A stretch of DNA of 64,000 nucleotides from Dehalococcoidia bacterium (GTDB taxonomy: Bacteria > Chloroflexota > Dehalococcoidia > SM23-28-2 > RBG-16-64-32): assembly GCA_963665775.2 (NCBI GenBank), contig CAXXTF010000001.1:160001-224000 (forward strand), read 5' to 3'. A program made the translations under genes and the position numbers. The notes beneath the pieces are model-generated. The model ran no database searches. It was not told the origin of the DNA and saw only the letters and a program-made list of their open reading frames with translations. Positions 9,612 through 19,215 of the stretch are shown here, one piece after another; position 1 is the first letter of the stretch; every line of letters begins with the position of its first letter.

Positions 9612-12600
9612 CTACACCCCCACCATCCCCCAATCCCCCACGATCTCCCCCAGCCGCTGCGACAGCTCCGCACAGTAGCGCGCCCGCGGCAGCTCCAGCT
9701 CCACCTCCTCACCGTCCCGCTGCCGGATCGCCAGCCGCACCTCCCCCTCCCCCGAGTACTCCCGCAGCGCGTTCACCAACGCCCGCAATCGCTCCTGGTC
9801 CTCCTCAGCATCGTCCGTCTCCTCCAGCAGGATGCGCATGGGCCCGCCCCTTTCCGCGACCGGCGGGGCGACACTACCCTCGTTCTCGCCAGCCGCCGGG
9901 CCAACATCATACCGCCGCGAGCCGTTACTGCCGTTCGACGCCACTAGCGCCGACGGGTCGAACTGTCCCTCTCCGTATAGCACCGCCTTCTGTACCGAAA
10001 TCTGGAGGCGATCGCCCCGCGACCGCACCCGCGCGCCGACCACCACCAGGCTATTGGGCTGCCACAGCTCCCGCGTCTCCTCGTACGTCTCGGGCCACAC
10101 GGTGACCTCCAGGCTCCCCGTCAGATCCTCGATCTCCGCCGAGAGGAACAGGCGGCCGTCCCTCGTCGTCAGGGAGCGCGTGCCCGTCACTATGCCACCC
10201 AGGAGCAATTCGCGGCCCGTTAGCTCCGCCCTCACATCGACCAGCCCGCAGCTCAGGTGAGGTCTCAGCTCCGCCGCCGCCCGGGCGAACGGGTGCTCCG
10301 ACAGGTATATCCCCAACAACTCCTTCTCCCAGGTCAGCTTCTCCTGCTGGGGCGTCTCCCGCGCTGCCTCCAGCTGCAGCCCACCCAGGCCGGCCTGCCC
10401 CTGGGCCCCCGGCAGGTCGAACAGCGAGGTCTGACCAGACTCCCGCTGCCTCTGGGCCCGCTGTCCGTAGGCGATGAGCCGGTCCAGGCTGGCCAACAGG
10501 GCCCCTCGCTCCCCGAACTGATCGAGGGCCCCAACCTTGAACAGGCTCTCCAGAGCCCGCTTGTTCAGGTGGCGCACGCTCACTCGCTCGAAAAAGTCCT
10601 CGATCCCGGCGAACGGCCCGCCGGCCTCCCGCGCTTCCACCACCCCCTGGGCCATAGCGACGCCCACGTTCTTGACGTTGGCCAGCCCGAACCGAATCGC
10701 CCTCGTCCCATCGGCCCGGGCCCCCAGCCCGAAGTTGACCCCGCTCTCCGTCACATCCGGCGGCAGCAGCTGGATGTGAAGACGTTCGCACTCCGCGTAG
10801 GCCTCCGCCACCCGTTGGGCGGCGCCGGCCGGATGGTGCTCCGCCATCATTAGGACGGCCGTTAGGTACTCCTCGGCATAGTTCGCCATCAGGTAGGCCG
10901 TCTGGTAGGCGATGGTCCCGTAAGAGACGGCGTGAGCCTTGTTGAAAGCGTAGCCAGCAAAGGGCTCGATGAGGTTGAATATCTCCTGGGCCTGGGCCTT
11001 AGCGTACCCCTTCTTCTGCGCCCCGTTGATGAACTGCTGCTCCTCGGCCCGCATGATGGAGCGGACCTTCTTCCCCATCGCCTTGCGCATGACGTCCGCC
11101 TGACCCAGCGAGTAGCCAGCGAATAGCCGAGCGATGAGCAGAACCTGATCCTGATACACGATAACCCCATGCGTCTCGTCCAGGATCTCCGCCAGGTCGG
11201 GATGCGGATAGCTCACCGCCGCCAGGCCGTGCTTGGCCCGAATGTAGGTGGGGATGTGCTGCATGGGCCCGGGGCGATACAGGGCCACCATCACCGCCAG
11301 GTCCTTGATGGATGTCGGCTTCAGCTCCTGGACGTACCTCCGCATACCTGCTGACTCCAGCTGGAACACGCCGAAGGTCTCCCCCTGAGCCAGCATCCTG
11401 TACGTCTTGGCGTCCCCGTCAGGTAGCGCCGTGACGTCTACATCCACCCCACGGGCCTGGCGGATCACCTCCACCGTCTTGCCCAGGATCGTCAGGTTGG
11501 TCAGCCCCAGGAAGTCCATCTTCAGCAGCCCTAAGTCCGCCACCTCGTTCATAGCGTATTGGGTGGTGGGCAAGGCGGTGGCATCCCCAGACGAGGGCCG
11601 CTGCAAGGGGAGGAAGTGAACCAGCGGCTCCGGCGCGATGACCACGCCCGCCGCGTGGGTGCTAGCGTGGCGGGCCACCCCCTCCAGCACCCGCGCCGTA
11701 TCGATCAGCTTGGCGGTCGGTGGGTCCCCCTCGTACAGCTGCCGTATCTCCGGTCCCTCCTGCAACGCCTTCTCGATAGTCATTACCCCGAAGGACGCCG
11801 GCATGTTCGGCACCAGCCGCGCCACCCTGTCCACATCGGCGTAGGGCATCCCCAGAGCCCGCCCCACGTCGCGAATAGAGGCCTTGGCGCCCAGCGTGCC
11901 AAAGGTGATGATCTGCGCCACCCGATCGTGTCCGTACTTCTCGGCGGCGTAGCGAATCATCTCGTCCCGGCGGTCCTCGGCGAAGTCGAGATCCACGTCC
12001 GGCATCTCCCGCCGCTCCACGTTCAGGAATCGCTCGAACACCAACCCGTGCTCCAGGGGATCGATATCCGTCACCCTCAAGCAGTACAGGATCACCGCGG
12101 CCGCGGCCGAGCCTCGCACGGCCATGAGGATTCCGCGGCTACGGGCGAACTGGGCGAAGTCGTGCACGACCAGAATGTAATCGGCGAACCCGGTCTCGCG
12201 AACGACATCCAGCTCATAGTCCAGCCGCTGGCGGGCGCCCTCCGCCCCCTCCGGATAGCGCTGGGCCAGCCCCTGATAGCAAAGCTGGGCCAGATACTCC
12301 CAGGCGGAGAGGCCCGGCGGCACCTCCGCCTGGGGCAGGCGCAAGCGGCCGAACTCCAGGTTCAGATCACACATCTCGGCGATACGACCGGTGTTGTCGA
12401 TAGCGTCCGGCAGCTCAGGGTACAGCTGCCGCATCTCGTCTTCCGACTTCAGGTGGTAGGAGTCCGCCTCTCCACCCATCCGCATCCGCTTCTCGTCCAG
12501 GACCGAGGTGTTGGTGCCGATGCAAAGGAGGATATCCTGGAAGGAGGCGTCCTCCCGCCGCACGTAATGCACGTCGTTGGTGGCCGCCAGCGGCAGTCCT

Positions 12601-13175
12601 GTCTCCCGGGCCAGACGGACCAGCCTCTGATTCAGCGGCTCGTGCTCCGGGATGCCGTGCTCCTGCACCTCGATGTAGAACTCCCCGAACAGCTCCTTGT
12701 AGTGGCGGGCGGCCTCGACAGCCTCCGCGAATCGGTCGTCCAGCAGGTAGCGCGATATCTCGCTGCTGGCGCAGCCGGAGAGGGCGATAATCCCCTCGTG
12801 GTGCTGCTCCAGCAGCTCTTTGTCCATGCGGGGCTTGTAGTAGTAGCCCTCCAGGTGGGCCTTGGTGACCAGGGCCAGCAGGTTTCGGTATCCCGTCTCG
12901 TTCCGGGCCAGCAACGTGATGTGGTTGTTCTGCTTGTCGCTGGGCTCGCGGGAGTGGCGCGACCCCTGGGCCACGTACGCCTCGACGCCGATGATGGGCT
13001 TAATGTCGCGGGCCTTCGCCTCCTTGTAGAACTGGATTGCCCCGTACAGCACCCCGTGGTCCGTCAGGGCGACAGCCTCCTGGCCCAGCTCCTTCGCCCG
13101 GTCCATGAGGAGGGGGATGCGGGACAGGCCGTCCAGCAGGGAGTACTCGGTGTGAAGGTGAAGGTGCGTATACAT
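9612..13175 (-). CDS. dnaE: DNA polymerase III alpha subunit
   Basis: PHP domain HLHLHTEYSLLDG, RGSAA, PDVDLD, GLLKMDFLGL, FNKAHA, OB fold. Confidence 0.97.
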   Translation of the reverse strand: MYTHLHLHTEYSLLDGLSRIPLLMDRAKELGQEAVALTDHGVLYGAIQFYKEAKARDIKPIIGVEAYVAQGSRHSREPSDKQNNHITLLARNETGYRNLLALVTKAHLEGYYYKPRMDKELLEQHHEGIIALSGCASSEISRYLLDDRFAEAVEAARHYKELFGEFYIEVQEHGIPEHEPLNQRLVRLARETGLPLAATNDVHYVRREDASFQDILLCIGTNTSVLDEKRMRMGGEADSYHLKSEDEMRQLYPELPDAIDNTGRIAEMCDLNLEFGRLRLPQAEVPPGLSAWEYLAQLCYQGLAQRYPEGAEGARQRLDYELDVVRETGFADYILVVHDFAQFARSRGILMAVRGSAAAAVILYCLRVTDIDPLEHGLVFERFLNVERREMPDVDLDFAEDRRDEMIRYAAEKYGHDRVAQIITFGTLGAKASIRDVGRALGMPYADVDRVARLVPNMPASFGVMTIEKALQEGPEIRQLYEGDPPTAKLIDTARVLEGVARHASTHAAGVVIAPEPLVHFLPLQRPSSGDATALPTTQYAMNEVADLGLLKMDFLGLTNLTILGKTVEVIRQARGVDVDVTALPDGDAKTYRMLAQGETFGVFQLESAGMRRYVQELKPTSIKDLAVMVALYRPGPMQHIPTYIRAKHGLAAVSYPHPDLAEILDETHGVIVYQDQVLLIARLFAGYSLGQADVMRKAMGKKVRSIMRAEEQQFINGAQKKGYAKAQAQEIFNLIEPFAGYAFNKAHAVSYGTIAYQTAYLMANYAEEYLTAVLMMAEHHPAGAAQRVAEAYAECERLHIQLLPPDVTESGVNFGLGARADGTRAIRFGLANVKNVGVAMAQGVVEAREAGGPFAGIEDFFERVSVRHLNKRALESLFKVGALDQFGERGALLASLDRLIAYGQRAQRQRESGQTSLFDLPGAQGQAGLGGLQLEAARETPQQEKLTWEKELLGIYLSEHPFARAAAELRPHLSCGLVDVRAELTGRELLLGGIVTGTRSLTTRDGRLFLSAEIEDLTGSLEVTVWPETYEETRELWQPNSLVVVGARVRSRGDRLQISVQKAVLYGEGQFDPSALVASNGSNGSRRYDVGPAAGENEGSVAPPVAERGGPMRILLEETDDAEEDQERLRALVNALREYSGEGEVRLAIRQRDGEEVELELPRARYCAELSQRLGEIVGDWGMVGV

Positions 13176-13314
13176 TTGCCTGAATGTTGTCTCCGGAACG
13201 GCCCTATTATAGCGACCCCAGGCGGCCAGCGGTCACCCCTTATGTTAATTCAGCGGCGAAATTTTGGGAAAGCGTCGCGGGGCGATGGCCCGGTCCGGAG
13301 CTGGCCTCCCGCCC

Positions 13315-14187
13315 CTACTCCGTGACGGACAGCCCGATGAGCCGGTAGGTCAGCCTGGCGGCGAACTGGGCGTTGGCGCGCGGCCCCAGGGAGGGGGCCA
13401 GCTCCGTCACGTCGAAGCCCACGATGCGCCTCTGGCCGGCCACCGTCTCCAGCAGCTCGCTCACCTCGTCCCAGAGGAGGCCGCCCGGCTCCGGCGTGCC
13501 CACGGCCGCCACCTGCGAGGGGTCGAAGGCGTCCAGGTCGATAGTCACGTAAACGCTCCCCGATAGCTGCTCGGCCAGCCCCTGCGGGCCCAAGCTGCGG
13601 AACTCCTGGGGGCTGTAGAAGGGGAGACCCCGCTCCCGAATATAGTCGTGCTCCTGCCGCTCCGCGCTGCGTAGCCCCACCTGGACCACGGGAGCCGCTT
13701 CCAGGACGCGCCGTAGTGTGCAGGCGTGGTTGTAAGGGGTGTCCAGATAGGAGTCCCGCAGGTCGGCGTTGGCGTCGAAGGCCAGCACCGAAAGGTCGGG
13801 AAAGCGACGGGCGTGGGCCCGGGCCGCCCCCACCGCCACCGTATGCTCGCCGCCCAGGGTCACCACGAACTTGCCATCGTCGATCAGCTCGCCGACTACC
13901 GCCTCGATGCGCTCCACCATCGCCTGCGGGTTGCCGGAGTGGACGGCCACCTCGGGCAGCGTATGGATGCCCACCCGATACGGCTCGCAGCCGATGCCGA
14001 TGTCGTACAGCTCCATGTTCTCGGAGGCGTCGATGATAGCGGACGGCCCCTCACGGGAGCCGACCCAGCCGGAGGCGGTGGCGTCGTAGGGGACCGGGAG
14101 GATGACGACGCGGGAGAGGGCGAAGTCGCTGTGCTCCGGGGGGAGGGCGGCGAAGTTGCGGGGCGGGAAGAAGCGCTCGTCGGTCAT
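13315..14187 (-). CDS. speB: Agmatinase / ureohydrolase
   Basis: GGEH, DA(N)ADLRD, TIDLDAFDPS, GTPEPGGL; operon context. Confidence 0.85.
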   Translation of the reverse strand: MTDERFFPPRNFAALPPEHSDFALSRVVILPVPYDATASGWVGSREGPSAIIDASENMELYDIGIGCEPYRVGIHTLPEVAVHSGNPQAMVERIEAVVGELIDDGKFVVTLGGEHTVAVGAARAHARRFPDLSVLAFDANADLRDSYLDTPYNHACTLRRVLEAAPVVQVGLRSAERQEHDYIRERGLPFYSPQEFRSLGPQGLAEQLSGSVYVTIDLDAFDPSQVAAVGTPEPGGLLWDEVSELLETVAGQRRIVGFDVTELAPSLGPRANAQFAARLTYRLIGLSVTE

Positions 14188-14198
14188 GATGGAGAACG

Positions 14199-15254
14199 CT
14201 AGTGCGGACCCCGGTCGGCGGCTGGAGACCGCGCCTCCCCCTTCTCCCACTCCCAGTCCAGAACGGGCAGCTTGCGGGAGTCGATGGCGTCCCGGGCGCT
14301 CTCAGCCAGGGCGCTGACGATGAGGGGCATAGCGATGGTGGCCTCCGCGTAGACGGTGACGGAGCGGGCGTCCGGAGCGATCTTGCGCCAGGACTGCGCC
14401 TCCTCAAAGGTGCAGCCAGAGAGGCCGCCCCACTGGGGTTGGTCCATCGTGACCTGGATGCCGTAGCTGTGGCCGGGCCGCTCGCGGCCGAACAGGTAGC
14501 CGGCCACCCCAGACTGCTGGATGTAGTTCTTGGGGGTACCGCCGCCGATGTAGACAACGGCGGACTTGGTAGCCGTCAAGGAGAGATGGGCCATCTCCAG
14601 GAGATCGCCGATGATGTCGAAGGCCACTCGTTTGCCCGTCCGCAGCCGTCCCTCGGCGATGGCCAGGCCATGGACGCTATCGCCCAGGGCTGGGCAGTAG
14701 ACGGGAACCCCGTGCTTGGCGGCGGACGTGAGGATACCTTCCTCCTTCGCCACGGGGGCCAGCGCCTTACCCATCAGGTGAAAGTACTCGCGGCTGGTGT
14801 AGAGCCGGTCCTCGTCCAGGGTGAAGGAGAAGTCGGTGCAGAACCGCTCGCCGATGGCGAACTCGTGCTCCGGGGCCAGCACGTCGAAGAAGCGAACTAC
14901 GCGCAGGTGGGCGAGGCGAACGTCGTCACCGCCGGGATCGCCCTGAGAGTGGGGAAAGCCCAGGGTCTCGTAGACGTCGTGGTAGAGATTGGCGCCCGTG
15001 CTGACCAGAACATCGATCAGGCGGTGCTCGATGAGATAGACCAGGAGGGGGCGCATGCCGGCGGGGACCATGGCCCCTGCCAGACCCAGGAAGATGGTGC
15101 AGTCGTCCTTTAGCATCGCCCCCCAGACGCGAGCAGCCTGGCCCAGATTGCGGGCCTGGAAGGCCGTATCGGCCATCCGCTCCACGATCTCGGCGGCGGA
15201 GGTGCCCTCCGTCAGCGGGAAAGGGGTGATGTCTCCGGGCTGGTGGCCCTGCAT
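14199..15254 (-). CDS. Deoxyhypusine synthase-like protein (probable homospermidine synthase)
   Basis: FLGLAGAMVPAG, STGANLYHD, IGGGTPKNY, GGLSGCTFEEAQSWRK. Confidence 0.9.
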   Translation of the reverse strand: MQGHQPGDITPFPLTEGTSAAEIVERMADTAFQARNLGQAARVWGAMLKDDCTIFLGLAGAMVPAGMRPLLVYLIEHRLIDVLVSTGANLYHDVYETLGFPHSQGDPGGDDVRLAHLRVVRFFDVLAPEHEFAIGERFCTDFSFTLDEDRLYTSREYFHLMGKALAPVAKEEGILTSAAKHGVPVYCPALGDSVHGLAIAEGRLRTGKRVAFDIIGDLLEMAHLSLTATKSAVVYIGGGTPKNYIQQSGVAGYLFGRERPGHSYGIQVTMDQPQWGGLSGCTFEEAQSWRKIAPDARSVTVYAEATIAMPLIVSALAESARDAIDSRKLPVLDWEWEKGEARSPAADRGPH

Positions 15255-15256
15255 GG

Positions 15257-15619
15257 CTAGACCCTGGTCGGCGCCTCCAAGCCACGCTCCAGGATATTGA
15301 CGTCCATCTCGCGCAGGAGGAAGCGCCGCTTAAGATCCTCGAAGATGGGCGCGGCGTCGAAATCCTTGCAGGAGAAGATGTCGATCCAGATAAGGCGCCG
15401 CTCCGGAAACGTGTGCAACGCGATGTGGCTCTCGGCGATCATGACGTAGCCGGAGATACCCCAGTCCTCTGGTTTAGTGCCCTTAAAACGGACTACGGAT
15501 GGTTGCGTGATCTTGGTCATCCCCATCTCATCGGGGTAACGATCCAGGATCACGCGCACCACATTTTCATCCGCAAGCTGGTCCGGATCACCCCCGTATC
15601 CGTCGATTATGACGTGCAT
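15257..15619 (-). CDS. speD: Pyruvoyl-dependent decarboxylase proenzyme of the AdoMetDC (SpeD/SpeH) family
   Basis: IAE-SHIALHTFPE autocleavage motif, DIFSC. Confidence 0.85.
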   Translation of the reverse strand: MHVIIDGYGGDPDQLADENVVRVILDRYPDEMGMTKITQPSVVRFKGTKPEDWGISGYVMIAESHIALHTFPERRLIWIDIFSCKDFDAAPIFEDLKRRFLLREMDVNILERGLEAPTRV

Positions 15620-15630
15620 AGATCCCCCCT

Positions 15631-15690
15631 TCAGGCTTGATGGCCCCCCGCCATGTCCTCCAATACAGTCAGGGGATCCGTGGGGGCCAC
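15631..15690 (-). CDS. Putative leader peptide MAPTDPLTVLEDMAGGHQA
   Basis: GTG start with AGGA 6 nt upstream; stop abuts the speD RBS; lies downstream of a TTGCAT-N17-TATCAT promoter. Confidence 0.45.
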   Translation of the reverse strand: MAPTDPLTVLEDMAGGHQA

Positions 15691-15776
15691 GGAGATTCCT
15701 GCTCGGTTCTCAAACGAAAGGCATGATATCACAGGCGACCTACCAATGCAAAGAGCACGGCGGCCACCGCCGGTTC

Positions 15777-16799
15777 TCAGCGTTGTCCGGCGGAAATCAG
15801 CGACCTCGGAGCCTCCAGCAGGAGCGCCTCCAGCGCCAGTCGTGGCTGCGCGTTCTCCTCCAGATGCCGGCGGGCGGCGAGCAACGCCCGGACGAAAGCC
15901 GACACCTCTTCCCGGCCGTAGTGCCCGGCGTCCTCCCGCAGCTCGGCCAGCAGGTCGACGTTGGCCAGGCCATCCTCGGCCCCGGCCTGCACCAAGAGGA
16001 GATCGCGCCACCAACCCTGCCACTCCAGCAGCAACTCCAGCACGGCCTCGCGTCCCTGACGGAAGTCCGAGGCCACCCGTTCGGCCAGATCGAGGCGCTC
16101 GGCGATCGTCATCGCGCTCAGGGAGCGGGCCCCGGCCAGGGCCTTCCGCCTCCCTTCCATCCGGGACGCGTCGCGGGCCATCTCCAGGGCCCAGCCGATG
16201 CGCCCGCGGGAGAGGCGGGCCAATAGCCGGGCTTTCTCGACCTCGACGCCCTCCGCCAGCAGCGCTTCCCCGACGGCGCCCAGGGGCAGGACACGAAACT
16301 CTATTCGCTGACAGCGAGAGCGGATGGTGGGGAGCAGCCGCTCCTCCTGCGCGGCCACCAGAACGAAAGCTACATGGGGCGGCGGCTCCTCCAGGGTCTT
16401 GAGGAGGGCGTTCTGGGCCTCCGTGTTCATGGCGTCAGCCGGGTCGATGATGACGACGCGGGTACGCCCCTCGAACGGGTTGAGGGCGATCGCGCGCTCC
16501 ACCTCCCGTATCTGGCCAACGCTGATGCCTTTGTGCTGGGGCCCCTCGTCCGAGGGTTCGACCGACACCACCTGAACGTCGGCGTGGATACCGCCGGCGA
16601 TGCGTCGACAGGGCTGACAGTCCTGACAGGGGGGCTCAGCACCGGTGCAGTTAAGGGCCTGGGCCAGCCGCAGGGCCAGGGTAGCCTTGCCCACGCTTGC
16701 CGGCCCCACAAACAGGTAGGCGTGGGCAGCCGTCCCACCCGAAAGGGCGCGTGTGAGGGCGTCGACGGCGCGCTCCTGGCCGATTATTTCCCAGGTCAT
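15777..16799 (-). CDS. holB: DNA polymerase III delta-prime subunit
   Basis: HAYLFVGPASVGK, Zn-finger Cys cluster, NALLKTLEEPP, TIRSRC. Confidence 0.93.
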   Translation of the reverse strand: MTWEIIGQERAVDALTRALSGGTAAHAYLFVGPASVGKATLALRLAQALNCTGAEPPCQDCQPCRRIAGGIHADVQVVSVEPSDEGPQHKGISVGQIREVERAIALNPFEGRTRVVIIDPADAMNTEAQNALLKTLEEPPPHVAFVLVAAQEERLLPTIRSRCQRIEFRVLPLGAVGEALLAEGVEVEKARLLARLSRGRIGWALEMARDASRMEGRRKALAGARSLSAMTIAERLDLAERVASDFRQGREAVLELLLEWQGWWRDLLLVQAGAEDGLANVDLLAELREDAGHYGREEVSAFVRALLAARRHLEENAQPRLALEALLLEAPRSLISAGQR

Positions 16800-16898
16800 A
16801 GCATTGCCACCGGCGAATAGGAAAGGGGCTTCATCTGCTGACGCATGCCTGCCAGGACCCATGTTTGCAGACAGCGCGAAGAATCCCTGCCATGTCCC

Positions 16899-18236
16899 TT
16901 ACTCCAGGGGCCAGACGTCACAGCGCATCAGGTCGTCGTAGGTCTCACGACGGCGCATCAGCCTGGCCTGGCCGTCCTTCACCAGGACGACGGCCGGGCG
17001 GAGGGCGATGTTGTAGTTGCTGGCCATGGATAGGTTGTAGGCGCCGGCCGTCAGCACGGCGAGCACGTCGCCCGGCTCCAAGGGCGGTAGGTCGGCGTCC
17101 CGAATAAGGATGTCGCCCGACTCGCAGTACTTCCCGGCGATGGTCACCTTCTCGCAGCGCTCGTCCGTGATCTTGTTAGCCACCAGCGCCGAATACTGGG
17201 AGCCGTAGAGGGCGGGACGGATGTTATCGGCCATGCCGCCGTCCACGGAGACGAAGCGGCGCACCTCCGGCACCTCCTTGGAGGAGCCTACGGTGTAGAG
17301 GGCGACGGCGGCCCGGGCCACAATGGCCCGGCCCGGCTCGATGATCAGCCCGGGCAGGGGCAAGCCGTGCTGACGGCCGGCCTCCTTCAGGGCAGAGACG
17401 ATCTCCTCCGCGTAGTCGGCCGGCGACGGAGCGGGCGGCCCGGTGCCGTAGTCGACGGCGAAGCCGCCGCCGGGGCTGAACTCCCGCATCTCGAACCCGT
17501 GCTTGCGCTTCATCTCGGCGGCAAAGGCGAAGACGACCTCCACGGCCCGCCGGTACGGCGTGAGCTCGAAGATGGGCGAACCCAGGTGCACGTGCAACCC
17601 CACCGGCTCCAGGCCGGGCATCTCCAGCGCCTGCCGCACCGCCGCCTCCGCCTGGCCGGTGGGCAGCGGGATGCCGAACTTGCTGTCCAGGGTGCCCGTG
17701 GTGGTGTGAGCGTGCGTGTGCGGGTCTATGCCGGGCGAAAGGCGGAGGAGCACCTTCTGCCGGAAGCCACGGGCCTGGGCCAGGCCATTCAGGAGCTGAA
17801 GCTCGTGGAAGTTGTCGATGACGATACGACCGACGCCGCAGTCCAGGGCCTCGCCCAGCTCCTCCTCGGACTTGTTGTTGCCGTGGAAATGGATGCGCTC
17901 AGGCGGAAAGTTGACGGAGCGGGCGATCGCCAGCTCGCCGCCAGAGACCACGTCCAGGGACAGCCCCTCCTGGGCCAGGATGGCGCCGAGGGCCCGCCCC
18001 AGGTAGGCCTTGGCCGCGTAGGCGACCTCTGTGTCGGCGTGTCGGGCGCGGAACTCGCCCTGGAAGGCGCGGCACTGGCGCCGCAGCGTCTCCTCATCGA
18101 AGACGTAGAGGGGGGTGCCGAACTCCCGGGCCAGCTCTACGCTGTCGCAGCCACCCAGGGCCAGGTGACCGGCCTCGTTAAGGGCGGCGGTCAGCGGCAG
18201 AATGTTGGCCAGGGGAACCTCGGTCGCCTTCACCAA
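16899..18236 (-). CDS. lysA: Diaminopimelate decarboxylase
   Basis: FGTPLYV, YAAKA, HGNNKS, HLGS, EPGR, CESGD; TTG start with AGGAGG. Confidence 0.93.
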   Translation of the reverse strand: MVKATEVPLANILPLTAALNEAGHLALGGCDSVELAREFGTPLYVFDEETLRRQCRAFQGEFRARHADTEVAYAAKAYLGRALGAILAQEGLSLDVVSGGELAIARSVNFPPERIHFHGNNKSEEELGEALDCGVGRIVIDNFHELQLLNGLAQARGFRQKVLLRLSPGIDPHTHAHTTTGTLDSKFGIPLPTGQAEAAVRQALEMPGLEPVGLHVHLGSPIFELTPYRRAVEVVFAFAAEMKRKHGFEMREFSPGGGFAVDYGTGPPAPSPADYAEEIVSALKEAGRQHGLPLPGLIIEPGRAIVARAAVALYTVGSSKEVPEVRRFVSVDGGMADNIRPALYGSQYSALVANKITDERCEKVTIAGKYCESGDILIRDADLPPLEPGDVLAVLTAGAYNLSMASNYNIALRPAVVLVKDGQARLMRRRETYDDLMRCDVWPLE

Positions 18237-18303
18237 GTGAACCGCCTCCTCTTTAGGCTTGCTCAAGTAGAGACAGCATTGCACCGTCAGAAGCGCTGCG
18301 CAA

Positions 18304-19215
18304 CTACATCGGCAGCGCCCACTCGTCTTCGCCGGCGCGCTCGACGCGGCCCTCACCGAGGAGTTTCGCCAGGTGCGCCTCGACCTGGCGCACGGCGCTG
18401 GGGACGGTACGCTGATCCAGCTCCGGGTAGATAGCGTTCACCATCGCCTGGGGCGTGCGAGGGCCGTCGGCCATGAGCTTGAGGATCTGCTCCTCCCGCT
18501 CGTGTCGGTGATCGATGATCTCCTGGAGCTTGCGCGCCACATCGTGCACCGGCGGCCCGTGGCCCGCCAGCATCACGGCGGAGTCGTACCCCTTGAGCCG
18601 CTCCAGGGACTGCAGGTAGATGGCCATGTCCCCGTGGGGCGGCGGCGAGATGGCCACCGTGCCTAGGCCCAGAGCGGTGTCCCCCATGAACAGCGCCCGC
18701 TCCTGCGGAACGTAGACGCAAATCGAACCCTGGGTGTGGCCCGGCGTGTGCACGATCTCCAGGGTCAGGCCGCCCACGCTGAGGGACTCACCGTCCTCCA
18801 GGAGAAGGTCCGGCGCGGCGTCCGCTGCCATTCGGCGGAAGCGTTTGAACCGCTCGAACATCTCCTTACGCTCCTCCGGCACCTCCATATCCTGCGGTAT
18901 CTCACCCTGCCAGTCGAGCAGTTGACGCTCCTCCTTAGGGTGGATCACGATCTGGGCGCCCGTCGCCTCGCGAAGCTGGTGGGCGCCGCTGGAGTGATCG
19001 AAGTGGTGATGGCTGAGGACGATGTAGCGCACCTTGATCTGCGGCCTCTCACGCAGGTACTCCAGCCGCGCCCGGATCGACTCCTCGTCGCCGAAGCCGC
19101 TGTCGACGAGGGCGCCCTCGCCGCCGTCGGTCACCAGATACACGTTCGGGGCGAAGGTGCTGGTGAAGAACGAGACCTTGGCGGGGATCGAGTGGATGCG
19201 CGACGTTATCTCCAT
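18304..19215 (-). CDS. MBL-fold metallo-hydrolase with C-terminal winged helix (LACTB2-like)
   Basis: SHHHFDH, HTPGHT, GD, GHG. Confidence 0.88.
   Translation of the reverse strand: MEITSRIHSIPAKVSFFTSTFAPNVYLVTDGGEGALVDSGFGDEESIRARLEYLRERPQIKVRYIVLSHHHFDHSSGAHQLREATGAQIVIHPKEERQLLDWQGEIPQDMEVPEERKEMFERFKRFRRMAADAAPDLLLEDGESLSVGGLTLEIVHTPGHTQGSICVYVPQERALFMGDTALGLGTVAISPPPHGDMAIYLQSLERLKGYDSAVMLAGHGPPVHDVARKLQEIIDHRHEREEQILKLMADGPRTPQAMVNAIYPELDQRTVPSAVRQVEAHLAKLLGEGRVERAGEDEWALPM

Noticed and set aside
11559-13325. Long antisense ORFs (588 aa opposite dnaE; others opposite groEL, proA, galE, lysA)
   Set aside because: Shadow ORFs expected from high-GC codon bias; no recognisable motifs.
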